From positions 1 to 64,000 of IMG/VR virus record IMGVR_UViG_3300033121_002354: a stretch of 64,000 nucleotides of DNA, one strand, 5' to 3'. The notes beneath the pieces were generated by a model, which was not told the DNA's origin, ran no database searches, and was given only the letters and a program-made list of their open reading frames with translations. Positions 24,550 to 34,484 of the stretch are shown here, one piece after another. Positions within the stretch are counted from its first letter, which is position 1, and each line of letters opens with the position of its first letter. The DNA is from a virus (taxonomy: Duplodnaviria; Caudoviricetes). Position numbers and translations under genes: made by a program.

Positions 24550-26351
24550 ACCACAATAGACCATTCTACGGAAAACAAATTTCGGTTATCATACCGTGTA
24601 TGGACAGGACAGAAATGTTGCAGTCCACACTGTCTAGGTGGTTTGAGCAGATATACAAGCCGTGTCAAATAGTAATTGTTGACTATTCATCCAAAAGAAG
24701 TATTTTCTCCGAAGTAAAAAGATATACGGAGAGATACAGAAAAACATTAGACTATCAAAAGGACTATTCAACTGCTGATTGTTTGTTGCTAGAAGTCCGG
24801 GGCAAGCAATATTTCAATATGTCACATGCAATTAATTACGGCGTTGCTAGAGCAAGCTGTGAAGTAATAAGCGTTGCTGGCACAGACACTATGCCATCCC
24901 CGTTTTACATTGACACAGTAATGATGGCTCTTGAGGAGAAATCTTTTACGAGATGCATGAATGGAAGGCTGTCTTTTTCTAAAAAGGCTTTTGACGAAAT
25001 CAATGGCTTTCCAGAAATGTTTGAATATTGGGGTGGAGAAGATGATGTAATATCAAACCAGTTAGTGAATATAGGGTTTAAACTCGTAGACCTTGACGGG
25101 TTTATGGCTCATAACTTGCAGAATTTTGAGAGTGATTCTTTTCCGTTCTTGCAAAAAAATCCTCGTATCGTAAACAGAGCTTTTGGCACCAAAACCCCAC
25201 AAGAGGGTGCCAATATTAATATGGCTCGTTATATGAAATACATGGATAAGGTTGCCACAAAAAATAACTATTATGATTCCTATGGACAAGCAAATCCAAT
25301 TTTAATTAAGCCAGAAGACGATATTAGCGAAGGCGAAAAGCAGCCAGATATACTTAAACGCTCCGTTTCTTTGCTGGAAGTAAAAGACAAGAGTTATTTC
25401 GGAGCATTATGCGGTGTTTTTATCCCCTGCATGAACAGAAATGATGACATCGCAGAAAATCTGCCACATTGGATTAACCAAATCTATCAGAATAAAAAGA
25501 TTGTAATTATTGATTACAACAGCTCTGTACCCGTGTTTGAGTCTGTTAAAAAGATTTGTGAAACCCTGAAAAAGAAACTTAGTTATAACACAGATCATCC
25601 TGAAGCAGATGTTGTTGTTTACAGAATGGATGGTTATGAATTTTTCAATATATCACATGCTTACAATTACGCCATAAAGAAAACAGAATGTGATATAGTT
25701 TGTACTGTTTGTGGTGATTCATCTCCTTGGGATTACTATTTGAATATTTGCATGAATCTGGTAAAAGATGACAACATACTCCAATTCCATTGGGGACTTC
25801 ATACTATCACCAAATCCAACTGGAGAAGACTAAACGGACATCAAGAATTTCTATACGGTTGGGGGGCAGAAGATGATGATTTTAGGCTAAGGGCTCAAAT
25901 GATGGATTTGAGATTGCTTATTCTGCCGAAACACATAGTGTATCACAAGGAACAGACAGCCGAAGACAAAGCTAGATACAGAAAAGTTCAGTCTATTACA
26001 GAAAGCAGCCTTTTAAATACGCAAATGTTTTCAGTATACAGAGCTAAACACGGCTTTGTAGGCAACTACAATCTTCCCATTGGCGAATCCAATCCTGTAA
26101 AGTTCGTACCTGCAGGCGAAGAGAAAATGGTGCACTTTTGGGGTTGCAAATGCCCTGAAAAGGGTATAGAAGCAGCACAAGAACCCATAAAGTATCATGA
26201 AACATTTAAGGTGTTTTATATATGCAGTCCTGAAACAGTTGACTGGCATTTAATTACAGATGGGAAGAAGTTTGAATGTGTTGACTTTTTTATAAATAAG
26301 AATGAATCTCTTGACAAGTATTTGTATCAAGTATCTATTTTAGCCGTCTAA
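24546..26351 (+). CDS. Tandem GT2/GT7-like glycosyltransferase (two repeats)
   Basis: Two copies of IPCM.R...VDY.S...FN.SHA.NY...NG..E....WG.EDD. Confidence 0.85.
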   Translation: MNHNRPFYGKQISVIIPCMDRTEMLQSTLSRWFEQIYKPCQIVIVDYSSKRSIFSEVKRYTERYRKTLDYQKDYSTADCLLLEVRGKQYFNMSHAINYGVARASCEVISVAGTDTMPSPFYIDTVMMALEEKSFTRCMNGRLSFSKKAFDEINGFPEMFEYWGGEDDVISNQLVNIGFKLVDLDGFMAHNLQNFESDSFPFLQKNPRIVNRAFGTKTPQEGANINMARYMKYMDKVATKNNYYDSYGQANPILIKPEDDISEGEKQPDILKRSVSLLEVKDKSYFGALCGVFIPCMNRNDDIAENLPHWINQIYQNKKIVIIDYNSSVPVFESVKKICETLKKKLSYNTDHPEADVVVYRMDGYEFFNISHAYNYAIKKTECDIVCTVCGDSSPWDYYLNICMNLVKDDNILQFHWGLHTITKSNWRRLNGHQEFLYGWGAEDDDFRLRAQMMDLRLLILPKHIVYHKEQTAEDKARYRKVQSITESSLLNTQMFSVYRAKHGFVGNYNLPIGESNPVKFVPAGEEKMVHFWGCKCPEKGIEAAQEPIKYHETFKVFYICSPETVDWHLITDGKKFECVDFFINKNESLDKYLYQVSILAV

Positions 26352-27562
26352 AGAACAACTGGGCTGTAACCAATTCTGGTTAAAGTGTCATTCATAATCA
26401 TCATTTCTTTTTTCTGATCAATGGATAGATTTTTCCACAGATCGGGGCAATGACTTTTGTTGTCTGTATTAATTGGTGTTTTCCAAGGTTCGATATCTTG
26501 GTGGTGTTCTAGTCCACAGAATTCTGTTATTTTCTTAGATATTTCTGGATTGTTTATTATGTCTTCGTATTTAATATGAATTGTGTTATACGTTGAATCA
26601 CTTTCTGTATTTATCATTTCGTTTATAATCTCAATCCATCTTGTACACCAACGTTTTAATCCCCCTTCTGCCCAAGGTTCGTTACTCCACCTTCTAATGC
26701 AAGATTCTATTACCGACTTTCCATCTCTGTATATGTGTACAAATTTGGAGTTTGGCAATATTTGCAGTGTAGTTTTTCTGTTTGCAAAATGAAGCGGGGT
26801 ATGATCGACCAGTACAGATCGGCAACCAAATTGTCTTTCTGAAAAGAGATTGTATGCCAAATCATTAAGTAGTGAAAGTATTACATCTTCTCTGAAATTT
26901 ACCCATGCCAAAGGTTGAGCATTGGGTCTTTCCCTTAAGAATGGAAACAGTTTCATCATTAAATGTGTTTCTGGACCAGAAAAACATAAAGGGTGAGCAG
27001 TTAACCATTTCATTAACCATGTAGTGCCGCACCTGCCAGAGCCAATAATGAATATGTGCTTATCTATTGCATTATGATTCTCGTGAATTGGCAGATATTT
27101 TTTACATCTTAATTTAAAAGAGTCATCGTGAAAACCTGCTCTAGTTGCTAATAAGGTCCAGTTATTATCTTTGTAGGCTTCAATAACTTTGAATGGTTCA
27201 TTAGCTCTAGTCACTCCCAAATGTTCGGTGCCTGATTCTCTGTAAAAGGCTATGTTTTCTCCAAATTTATAGTTGTAGTTTTTAAAAGTGTCTTTGGTTG
27301 TACGGGCTGGAATAAGTGGGCATTTTAGAGTGACTGATTTTATTTCTTTATTTTCTTGAAAGAAACTGTATAGATTTTGCAGTTTTGCTATGTTTGGTGT
27401 TTCGGTAAGAAAGAAGTTGTATGGCCAAACAATAGATTCTTCTGGAAGTTCTTCCTTACTTTTAACTACACGTATCGGTATATCACAAAACTCTTTAATT
27501 GAAGAAATTGTTTTTTCTAAGATATCTTCCTTGTTTTCTTCGTATAGTATGAAGATTTTCAT
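26348..27562 (-). CDS. Sulfotransferase with N-terminal extension
   Basis: FIIGSGRCGTT; HTP; YRDGKSVIES; KYEDI. Confidence 0.85.
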   Translation of the reverse strand: MKIFILYEENKEDILEKTISSIKEFCDIPIRVVKSKEELPEESIVWPYNFFLTETPNIAKLQNLYSFFQENKEIKSVTLKCPLIPARTTKDTFKNYNYKFGENIAFYRESGTEHLGVTRANEPFKVIEAYKDNNWTLLATRAGFHDDSFKLRCKKYLPIHENHNAIDKHIFIIGSGRCGTTWLMKWLTAHPLCFSGPETHLMMKLFPFLRERPNAQPLAWVNFREDVILSLLNDLAYNLFSERQFGCRSVLVDHTPLHFANRKTTLQILPNSKFVHIYRDGKSVIESCIRRWSNEPWAEGGLKRWCTRWIEIINEMINTESDSTYNTIHIKYEDIINNPEISKKITEFCGLEHHQDIEPWKTPINTDNKSHCPDLWKNLSIDQKKEMMIMNDTLTRIGYSPVVL

Positions 27563-27972
27563 TTTTTCTTTTTAAGTGAATCTTGGGCAAGCTTAACAGA
27601 CAATGGGTCGTTTGCCAATGCTTTAATTATTTCAGTCTTGTCTACTTCCATTTGTCTGCCGCCCAACGTTCTTCCTTGTTTTATTATGTGTCGAGGATCT
27701 GGCTTGTCTTTGGGCACTCCAACATCGGATGAACCGAAAGCTTTAATTCTATTTCTTCGTGCTCTTTCTGGATCTTTTACCTTTTTTTTGTGATCATTTT
27801 CTTTATTTTCTTCTCGGGTTGGCTTAAAGCCTTTGGAAGCAAAATATGGCATTGAAATTTGTTTCACTAATGGTTTTTTGCATTTTTCGCAATTAAATTG
27901 ATCATCGCAAGACATGGAGTGTTGTATCTCGTATAGCTTTTTACATTTTTCGCACAGGTACTCATAAAACAT
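27559..27972 (-). CDS. FmdB-family zinc-ribbon protein
   Basis: YEYLCEKC...QHSMS....CEKC....KQIS. Confidence 0.8.
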   Translation of the reverse strand: MFYEYLCEKCKKLYEIQHSMSCDDQFNCEKCKKPLVKQISMPYFASKGFKPTREENKENDHKKKVKDPERARRNRIKAFGSSDVGVPKDKPDPRHIIKQGRTLGGRQMEVDKTEIIKALANDPLSVKLAQDSLKKKK

Positions 27973-28048
27973 TTTTTTATCCCTTCAAGAATACTTAATT
28001 ATACAAGGAAGGAATTATTTTTTGTGTAGAGTAGATGTATAATACGTT

Positions 28049-28396
28049 ATGAATAACAATAACAATGTTAATAACACTCCTCATCCCCCAACCATCATTG
28101 ACACAGATACTGTCACTCCAAAACAAGTTCGGCGTTTAGATGATTTTTCTCGTGAGATAATAAAAGGTCTTATGTCGCGTTATGAGCATCTTTTTGATGA
28201 CAAAATACCCGACAAAAAGATTATTGTTAGTGAGTGGCTGGATGTTAACAAGCTAGATGTGCCACAATTTTATCCATTTAAGGACTTAAATTACATTATT
28301 TTTAGAGACAAAAGTAACGGTGAAGATGGCTGGACTATCCGAATAAAAAATGGCTTCACAATGTTGGTTGAAGCCAAGTATAAAAAAACAGTATAA
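28049..28396 (+). CDS. Hypothetical protein
   Basis: GTATAAT-N5-ATG. Confidence 0.6.
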   Translation: MNNNNNVNNTPHPPTIIDTDTVTPKQVRRLDDFSREIIKGLMSRYEHLFDDKIPDKKIIVSEWLDVNKLDVPQFYPFKDLNYIIFRDKSNGEDGWTIRIKNGFTMLVEAKYKKTV

Positions 28397-28407
28397 AAGG
28401 TTTAACC

Positions 28408-28749
28408 TTGAAAGAAGAACTGATCGATAAAATATCCAAATCTAATCCCACCAAGGTTAAATACTATCTTGATGTGTTTGACCGAGTTCTTCTGCAATCA
28501 GTAGTTTTCCATGTTTTAGACGTAGAAAGTATAAAAAAAGTTCTAGATCTTTGTGACAGATTAATTAGATCAGAAATAAACCTAGAAGTTACCAACTTAA
28601 CCAAACTTATGAAAGAAACGGATTTAGGAGTTTCTTTGGCTCAATTAAAGCCAGATTCTGACGGCGAATCCTTGCGTTTAAGCAATATTGAGGCGGCTAA
28701 AATAGCCAGAGAAGTAGCTAATTACAACTATTTAAATAGAGAAGACTAA
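28408..28749 (+). CDS. Hypothetical protein
   Basis: 113 aa, AAGGT RBS. Confidence 0.6.
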   Translation: MKEELIDKISKSNPTKVKYYLDVFDRVLLQSVVFHVLDVESIKKVLDLCDRLIRSEINLEVTNLTKLMKETDLGVSLAQLKPDSDGESLRLSNIEAAKIAREVANYNYLNRED

Positions 28750-28767
28750 GAAAGGGATTATCACAGA

Positions 28768-29208
28768 ATGGAAGTATATGAAACATGTAAGGAAGATGAA
28801 GTTACTCCTAAAATTTTTAGTAGAGGCTATAAGGCAATGACGAAAGCTATCGCAACGGAAAAGAAAGTACTTTTTCAGCATCCATTATTTATAATGTTTA
28901 TTACTCTTTTGTGCTCTTTGGGATTTACAACTGCCAAAGAATACGCACTGTTAAGTGCAAGAGATGCAAGACAAGATGAGTTCAATAAAACATCCAAGGA
29001 AGACAGAGACAATATCAGATCTTCTGTAGTAAAAATAAGCGAAAATCTTCTAGCGTTAAGCCAGACACAACTAGTTATTCAAGAACGACAAACCGCTGTC
29101 ATTCAAGCAACGAACGAAAACAAGCAAACCCTGAAAGAAATCCAATCAAAACTAGATCACGTTTCAAGACGGTACGAAGAGGCAGAAAAGCCCAAAAATC
29201 CACTGTAA
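28768..29208 (+). CDS. Single-TM coiled-coil protein
   Basis: TM segment LFIMFITLLCSLGF followed by coiled coil. Confidence 0.6.
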   Translation: MEVYETCKEDEVTPKIFSRGYKAMTKAIATEKKVLFQHPLFIMFITLLCSLGFTTAKEYALLSARDARQDEFNKTSKEDRDNIRSSVVKISENLLALSQTQLVIQERQTAVIQATNENKQTLKEIQSKLDHVSRRYEEAEKPKNPL

Positions 29209-29547
29209 TTATTTTTCACGTTTATTAAACAAATATTCTTCTAAGCAATGGAGTAACCAATTTGCTCCAAACATGCTTAACACATCGTAAATCAGCCCAA
29301 AACACGTATTATTTGCTGCAAAACACAAAGAAACCCAAAAACCAGAACACATAGGGCAATGCCAGATAGCATGCCATATTTGATGAAGAAGATTTGGATA
29401 TCCGTTTATTTTGGCCGCCTCAAATCTCTTCTCTACAAAATCTCTTTTGCACGCCATAATAACAGATTTGGTTAATATAAGAGTAACAGAAAAAACACAT
29501 AAAGATTTTATAATCCATAACTCTATCACGACTTCCTCCTGCAACAT
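29209..29547 (-). CDS. Membrane protein with CPMCSGFW motif (DUF1360-like)
   Basis: Hydrophobic segments and CxxCxxxW. Confidence 0.6.
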   Translation of the reverse strand: MLQEEVVIELWIIKSLCVFSVTLILTKSVIMACKRDFVEKRFEAAKINGYPNLLHQIWHAIWHCPMCSGFWVSLCFAANNTCFGLIYDVLSMFGANWLLHCLEEYLFNKREK

Positions 29548-29619
29548 TCTTCTTTGTCACATTTAAACACTGCAAATGCAATTAGGTAGTAATATAAATA
29601 CTTAATTTTTTCAACCATG

Positions 29620-30192
29620 TTACTTTCCTAACAATATAACATTTCCGTTATTAAACACTGTCAATAGACCGAAAGAAGATGGACAAACATTGCAAATGTC
29701 ACAATCAAACTGTCTTGAAAAAACTACAAGGTCAGATTTACAATCCAAAATAGAAAGCGTATCTTTGTCACATACTATTTCCATTTTTTGCTTGCCATCA
29801 AAATAATACAAGCCTCTATCAATTTCAGGCACGAATACTGCTTCTGTTAAGTCCGAACCAAGACAAAAACGGGTATCACCCGAAAGGATGATTATATAAT
29901 TATCATCACATGAGACGTTTTTAATATGGTTAAACGTCTTGGACGTAGTTATGTGTTTTAAGTCTGTCCCATATAAAGATAAAAAGTCTTGGTTATTTAT
30001 TGTGTTTTTTATAAGGATGTCGTTTCTAAATTTTGCAGCATAATTACATTTTATGGATGTTTTCTGGAATCCCACATATAACACATTATTAGTTGTATAC
30101 GCTATTGTGTTATTTACTACAAATAAACAGTCGGCATCTCCAAGTTCTTTTGTTTCTTGGTTTATCTCATAAAGAAAATTGTCAGCTAACAC
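29620..30192 (-). CDS. Beta-propeller-like protein (true start uncertain)
   Basis: Beta-rich; frame stays open upstream to about 30312 without a canonical start. Confidence 0.5.
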   Translation of the reverse strand: MLADNFLYEINQETKELGDADCLFVVNNTIAYTTNNVLYVGFQKTSIKCNYAAKFRNDILIKNTINNQDFLSLYGTDLKHITTSKTFNHIKNVSCDDNYIIILSGDTRFCLGSDLTEAVFVPEIDRGLYYFDGKQKMEIVCDKDTLSILDCKSDLVVFSRQFDCDICNVCPSSFGLLTVFNNGNVILLGK

Positions 30193-30269
30193 ATAAAATG
30201 AAGAATTATAAAAGACAATATCACAATGCGTTATTTCTTTTCCAAGCTGTTTTTCCCAAAGTGCGTTAT

Positions 30270-31202
30270 TTAGTTGATAATATTTAATTTCTTGTATACT
30301 CCAGAATGTGTTTTAACAACTGGACCATTTATAACGCTAATGGTTTTTGCTCCTGGTATTTTAGTATAAAACAACATCTTTCCCAATGAAGTGTCAAAAA
30401 CACCCAAATTGGAATCAACCAAAAATAAGCCATAGTTTTTATGGAAAAATACTTTTTGTACTGGATTAGTGCCTTTAATTTCGTATTTTACGTTTTTTGA
30501 AAAAAGATCATAACAAACAATTGAATTGTCAGATGAAAAATACAATAAATCTTTGTGTATTCCGCAAAGGCCAGAAATGTTCCACTCTATAAGACTTATG
30601 TTTTCTAGTGTTTCATTGAAAAGTTTAATTTGCCCATTTGTGGCGTATATCAGTGTGTTATTTTTTGTGACCATTCCTTGTTTTATATACTCGGTCTCGA
30701 ATCTTTTCGAAGTGTTATTACAATCAAAATCAAAACCGTTCAATGTTGATTCACTGTGAGAAACAAAAATTCTGTTGTTTGTGCAAACAAATTCAAATGA
30801 TTTATCTGGAAATGTACATGTTTGAGACAGACGTTGGCCAGAGAAGTTGTATACACATACAGAATAAGAATTATGAAATTTAACTGCTATAATTATTTTA
30901 TCTTCAAACACAAAAATTGGTGTTGCAATTTTCCCGACTGTTTCTATTATTTGCAAATTCTTCATGCACAAGATATGGTTGTCGTTTAATAGTATTACAA
31001 GATTACTTTCGTCCCCGTAAGTTTCATGCTTATTTACCAAGTGGGATGTGGGAATCTTGAGATCGTTAACGTATATAAAACCATTAACGTGTTTAACTTT
31101 TAAATTATCACTGTCATATAGTATTGATTTATCGTAATCTACCAAAGACATTTCAGACATGGGCAGCCTCTGTGTTAAATACGTAATTCTTCTCGCTATC
31201 AA
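30270..31202 (-). CDS. Beta-propeller (PQQ/BamB-like) protein
   Basis: Repeats such as LYFSSDNSIVCYDL and LGVFDTSLGK. Confidence 0.55.
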   Translation of the reverse strand: MIARRITYLTQRLPMSEMSLVDYDKSILYDSDNLKVKHVNGFIYVNDLKIPTSHLVNKHETYGDESNLVILLNDNHILCMKNLQIIETVGKIATPIFVFEDKIIIAVKFHNSYSVCVYNFSGQRLSQTCTFPDKSFEFVCTNNRIFVSHSESTLNGFDFDCNNTSKRFETEYIKQGMVTKNNTLIYATNGQIKLFNETLENISLIEWNISGLCGIHKDLLYFSSDNSIVCYDLFSKNVKYEIKGTNPVQKVFFHKNYGLFLVDSNLGVFDTSLGKMLFYTKIPGAKTISVINGPVVKTHSGVYKKLNIIN

Positions 31203-31635
31203 TCACTATAATTTTGTAATCAATAATTGCTATTTTTGGAAGTGTTGCCCGTTGTAAAGGGTGTTTTGTTATGGTAAAATCGTCTAAAGAAAATTCACAA
31301 ATACAGTAATGAGACAATCCAGACTTATTAATTTGTACAGGTACTACCAACGGGAATATAAGCACATTATTTTTGTAATGTATAATTTGGTCAGTTACAA
31401 AGCCGTTCAAATGATATTCGTAAACAATTTTGTTAGTAAACCTGTCTATACAACGAAGAAAACCACTAGTATCTGCGTAGACAACAAAAGTATGATCAAA
31501 GAACGGTTTGGCAGAAACGGGTTGTGGAATTGAAATACCAAAAATTTTGTCCAAGCAATCGTCTAGTATTACTAGGGCATCCTTTGAAAAAAGGAGTATT
31601 TCTTTGAGTTTTTCATTAGTTATAATATCGTGCAT
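31153..31635 (-). CDS. Beta-propeller-like protein
   Basis: VVYADTSGFLRCIDRFTNKIVY; GTATAAT-N5-ATG at 31635. Confidence 0.55.
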   Translation of the reverse strand: MHDIITNEKLKEILLFSKDALVILDDCLDKIFGISIPQPVSAKPFFDHTFVVYADTSGFLRCIDRFTNKIVYEYHLNGFVTDQIIHYKNNVLIFPLVVPVQINKSGLSHYCICEFSLDDFTITKHPLQRATLPKIAIIDYKIIVIDSEKNYVFNTEAAHV

Positions 31636-31663
31636 GACCAATTATACCTTTGAGTTTTAAGTA

Positions 31664-32317
31664 ATGGGTTGGTTAAAAAAGACAGCATCTACTACCGTAT
31701 TATATCACACTTCAGAAATACCGTATTTTTTGTGTGATGAGTATGCGATTATTTGTGACAACAACAGATTCACAGACAATATTATTAGAAGCGACAATTA
31801 TTGTGGAATAATAATCCCCAAAACAGCTATAAAAAGAATTTGTTCTAATTCATGGTGTATAAAAGAATTTCCTGCAAAGATTGAATCGTCTAATATCGAA
31901 TATTTATTTAATCGCCCTAAAAATACCCAAAGCGATGTTTCTGATGTGGACATATTAATTTTTGCAGCAGAAGGAGTGTCATCTGCCTACTTAAAAGGAA
32001 TTGAAAAACTGTCCTCTGAGTATGACCATACGTTTATGGTTTCACAAGAACCTGTAGCAAACGAAGTTTTAAGAGAAATGGATGACGTTATAGGAGAAGA
32101 CAATCACTTCTACTGTACAGGAAAATCTTGGCACAATCCCATCATTTCTATTCTGGATGTCATTTGCAATGAAAAAAGCAGAGATACCAATTGGGGTAAA
32201 AACATACCAGACACAGAAATAACCATCGCCGGTTTGAGAGGACAGGATCTAGAAAAAGTAGATGATACAATTAAAGACCTAAATCTAACAGACAAAATAC
32301 AGGTAAAACTATTATGA
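31664..32317 (+). CDS. Hypothetical protein with MGWLKK N-terminus
   Basis: 217 aa; first gene of a long + strand block. Confidence 0.65.
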   Translation: MGWLKKTASTTVLYHTSEIPYFLCDEYAIICDNNRFTDNIIRSDNYCGIIIPKTAIKRICSNSWCIKEFPAKIESSNIEYLFNRPKNTQSDVSDVDILIFAAEGVSSAYLKGIEKLSSEYDHTFMVSQEPVANEVLREMDDVIGEDNHFYCTGKSWHNPIISILDVICNEKSRDTNWGKNIPDTEITIAGLRGQDLEKVDDTIKDLNLTDKIQVKLL

Positions 32318-33720
32318 TAGTACAAAGTGCAACCAACAGCACAATATATTTTGAAGACATAGATCTAAGCATCTTTCCAGAGACTAATACAAGCATTGAC
32401 CAAATCACTCTTGCAAAGTCTTTGGGGTTGCAAAAATCAATAAAAGATGGTTTGCTGAAGGTTGTTAAATGGGACAAAAAGAATACCTTGGAGAAAGCAA
32501 TAGTAAACAGTATCCGTCCCGTCACTAAACAAACAAAGAAGGATACCATCCATGTCGAAAATATGCCCCTAAAAGGCATTCCTGTTTGCATTAAAGGCAT
32601 TTTCTACGAAGCTGGCGGATATGGCAAGGTAAATCGTTATTTAGCCAAAAGCTTAAAAGAACTTGGGTTTGTTGTGTCAATTGACCCAATTAAGGGACAA
32701 AACCAATTAAACGAAGATGAGTTAACAGAAGTGATAGAAATGGAAGAGACAAAGCTTCCAAAAGACCACATCAAAATTGACAGTATTATTCCCTCCTTTA
32801 CTGAAATGTCCAGTGGCAAACACAGAATAATCTATACAACGATTGAAGCACATAGTATTCCTGATAAATTTGCCCAAATTTGCGATAGCTACCAAACAAT
32901 TATTGTTACATCTCCATTTGCAAAATCTGTGTTAGAGAAGAAGTTGCCTAATCGTGAAATTTTTGTAATACCCACAGGCGTAGATCCAGACTATTACAAC
33001 GAAAGTATACGTCCCATTCAATTCAACCCCCCATTAAAGAAATTTGTGTTTTTGTCAGTATTTGGATGGAGCTACCGAAAAGGATACGATTTATTATTCA
33101 AGAGTTACTTTAACGAGTTTTCTGCCGAAGATGACGTAAGTCTTTTAGTGTTAAGCAGATATATGCAAAGCACAAAGCCTGCATCCAAAAACAAGATACT
33201 TGAAGATATTGAAAATATTGCCAAAGGCATAAAAAACAGTGATGATTTACCGCATTTTCAGGTTGCTTCTAATATTTTTTCAGAGAAAAATCTGGCTAAA
33301 ATCTACAAAAGTTGTCATGCTTTTGTGCTTGTGTCTCGTGGCGAATCGACATGCTTGCCTCCTTGTGAAGCTTCGTTGTGTGGGTTGCCAGTTATCATGA
33401 CTGATTGTTGCGGGCAAAAAACGTGGCTTAATAACAAAAACTCTTATTTACTTCCTATTGATAAACTAGAAATGGTACAACCCGGAACAAGTTCGTTGCA
33501 TTATTGGGACAATGAACTTTTCCCATCCTTAAAAAGCAAAGAATGTATATCGAATTTGTCTACCATAATGAGACACGTATACACAAACTACGAAGAGGCA
33601 AAAAACAAGAACAAAAACCTTCAGAAGTTGCTACTGTCTAAATTCCAGTGGAAACATGCTGCATTACAAATGAAAGATGTACTTGAGGATATATGGAAAA
33701 AACGATTTTCGCAAACATAG
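32314..33720 (+). CDS. GT4 glycosyltransferase
   Basis: SYRKGYDLL; HAFVLVSRGESTCLPPCEASLCGLPVI. Confidence 0.9.
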   Translation: MIVQSATNSTIYFEDIDLSIFPETNTSIDQITLAKSLGLQKSIKDGLLKVVKWDKKNTLEKAIVNSIRPVTKQTKKDTIHVENMPLKGIPVCIKGIFYEAGGYGKVNRYLAKSLKELGFVVSIDPIKGQNQLNEDELTEVIEMEETKLPKDHIKIDSIIPSFTEMSSGKHRIIYTTIEAHSIPDKFAQICDSYQTIIVTSPFAKSVLEKKLPNREIFVIPTGVDPDYYNESIRPIQFNPPLKKFVFLSVFGWSYRKGYDLLFKSYFNEFSAEDDVSLLVLSRYMQSTKPASKNKILEDIENIAKGIKNSDDLPHFQVASNIFSEKNLAKIYKSCHAFVLVSRGESTCLPPCEASLCGLPVIMTDCCGQKTWLNNKNSYLLPIDKLEMVQPGTSSLHYWDNELFPSLKSKECISNLSTIMRHVYTNYEEAKNKNKNLQKLLLSKFQWKHAALQMKDVLEDIWKKRFSQT

Positions 33721-34472
33721 TTTCCGAAGATAAATTCATTGTTTATCATGATGACGCGGCGTATGAAAATACGTTAGACAATCTAGATCAATATACGCAT
33801 GTACTTGTGTTTAAGAAGGTTATGTATTTAAAAGATTCACAATTTATATCTTTTATTAGTTCTTCGGTTTGTCCCAATACAAATGTTGACTATGTACCTG
33901 ACTTAAATACGTTGTTTGCTTTTTACGACCAAAAAATGAATAAGCTTTTTATTTGTGACAGATATGGCATTATTAACATTGAAATGTCTTCGGAAAACTG
34001 GATTACTAAATTACCAAAGTTTTTTGGATATGTGATATCAGCCGACAAACTAACTATTAATCAGTTTAAACTAATGTTGCAGAAAAAATGGGAGCCTGCA
34101 AAAGTCGCTCCAAAGGTAAATGCACCAAAACCAAAGCCAGAGAATTCTTCCAAAAAAGAGTATTTGCATACCAGACTTAGCGGCAAGATTAATGTCTTAT
34201 CCATAAAAAGAAAAGATGGAAGACCGCTAGAATTTGATGGAAAATATGATTTTGTGAACGTTAATGATTTGCCATCAAACTATATGACCAACAGGGAAAT
34301 TCTGAAGTTGTTTAAAGAGAAAAAGATAGAGTTAGTAGATGAGAATTATTACAGAACGCATAAAAATAAATATGTGAAACTAACTAACGAACTCATTATA
34401 AATAAGTCTGTAAGCAAGTACGATCCGGCACAATCACCTATAGCCGCAGAGATGGAAATAGACGGAGATTAG
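33693..34472 (+). CDS. Hypothetical protein
   Basis: 259 aa, GAGGA RBS. Confidence 0.65.
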   Translation: MEKTIFANIVSEDKFIVYHDDAAYENTLDNLDQYTHVLVFKKVMYLKDSQFISFISSSVCPNTNVDYVPDLNTLFAFYDQKMNKLFICDRYGIINIEMSSENWITKLPKFFGYVISADKLTINQFKLMLQKKWEPAKVAPKVNAPKPKPENSSKKEYLHTRLSGKINVLSIKRKDGRPLEFDGKYDFVNVNDLPSNYMTNREILKLFKEKKIELVDENYYRTHKNKYVKLTNELIINKSVSKYDPAQSPIAAEMEIDGD

Positions 34473-34484
34473 GTATAATTGCAT

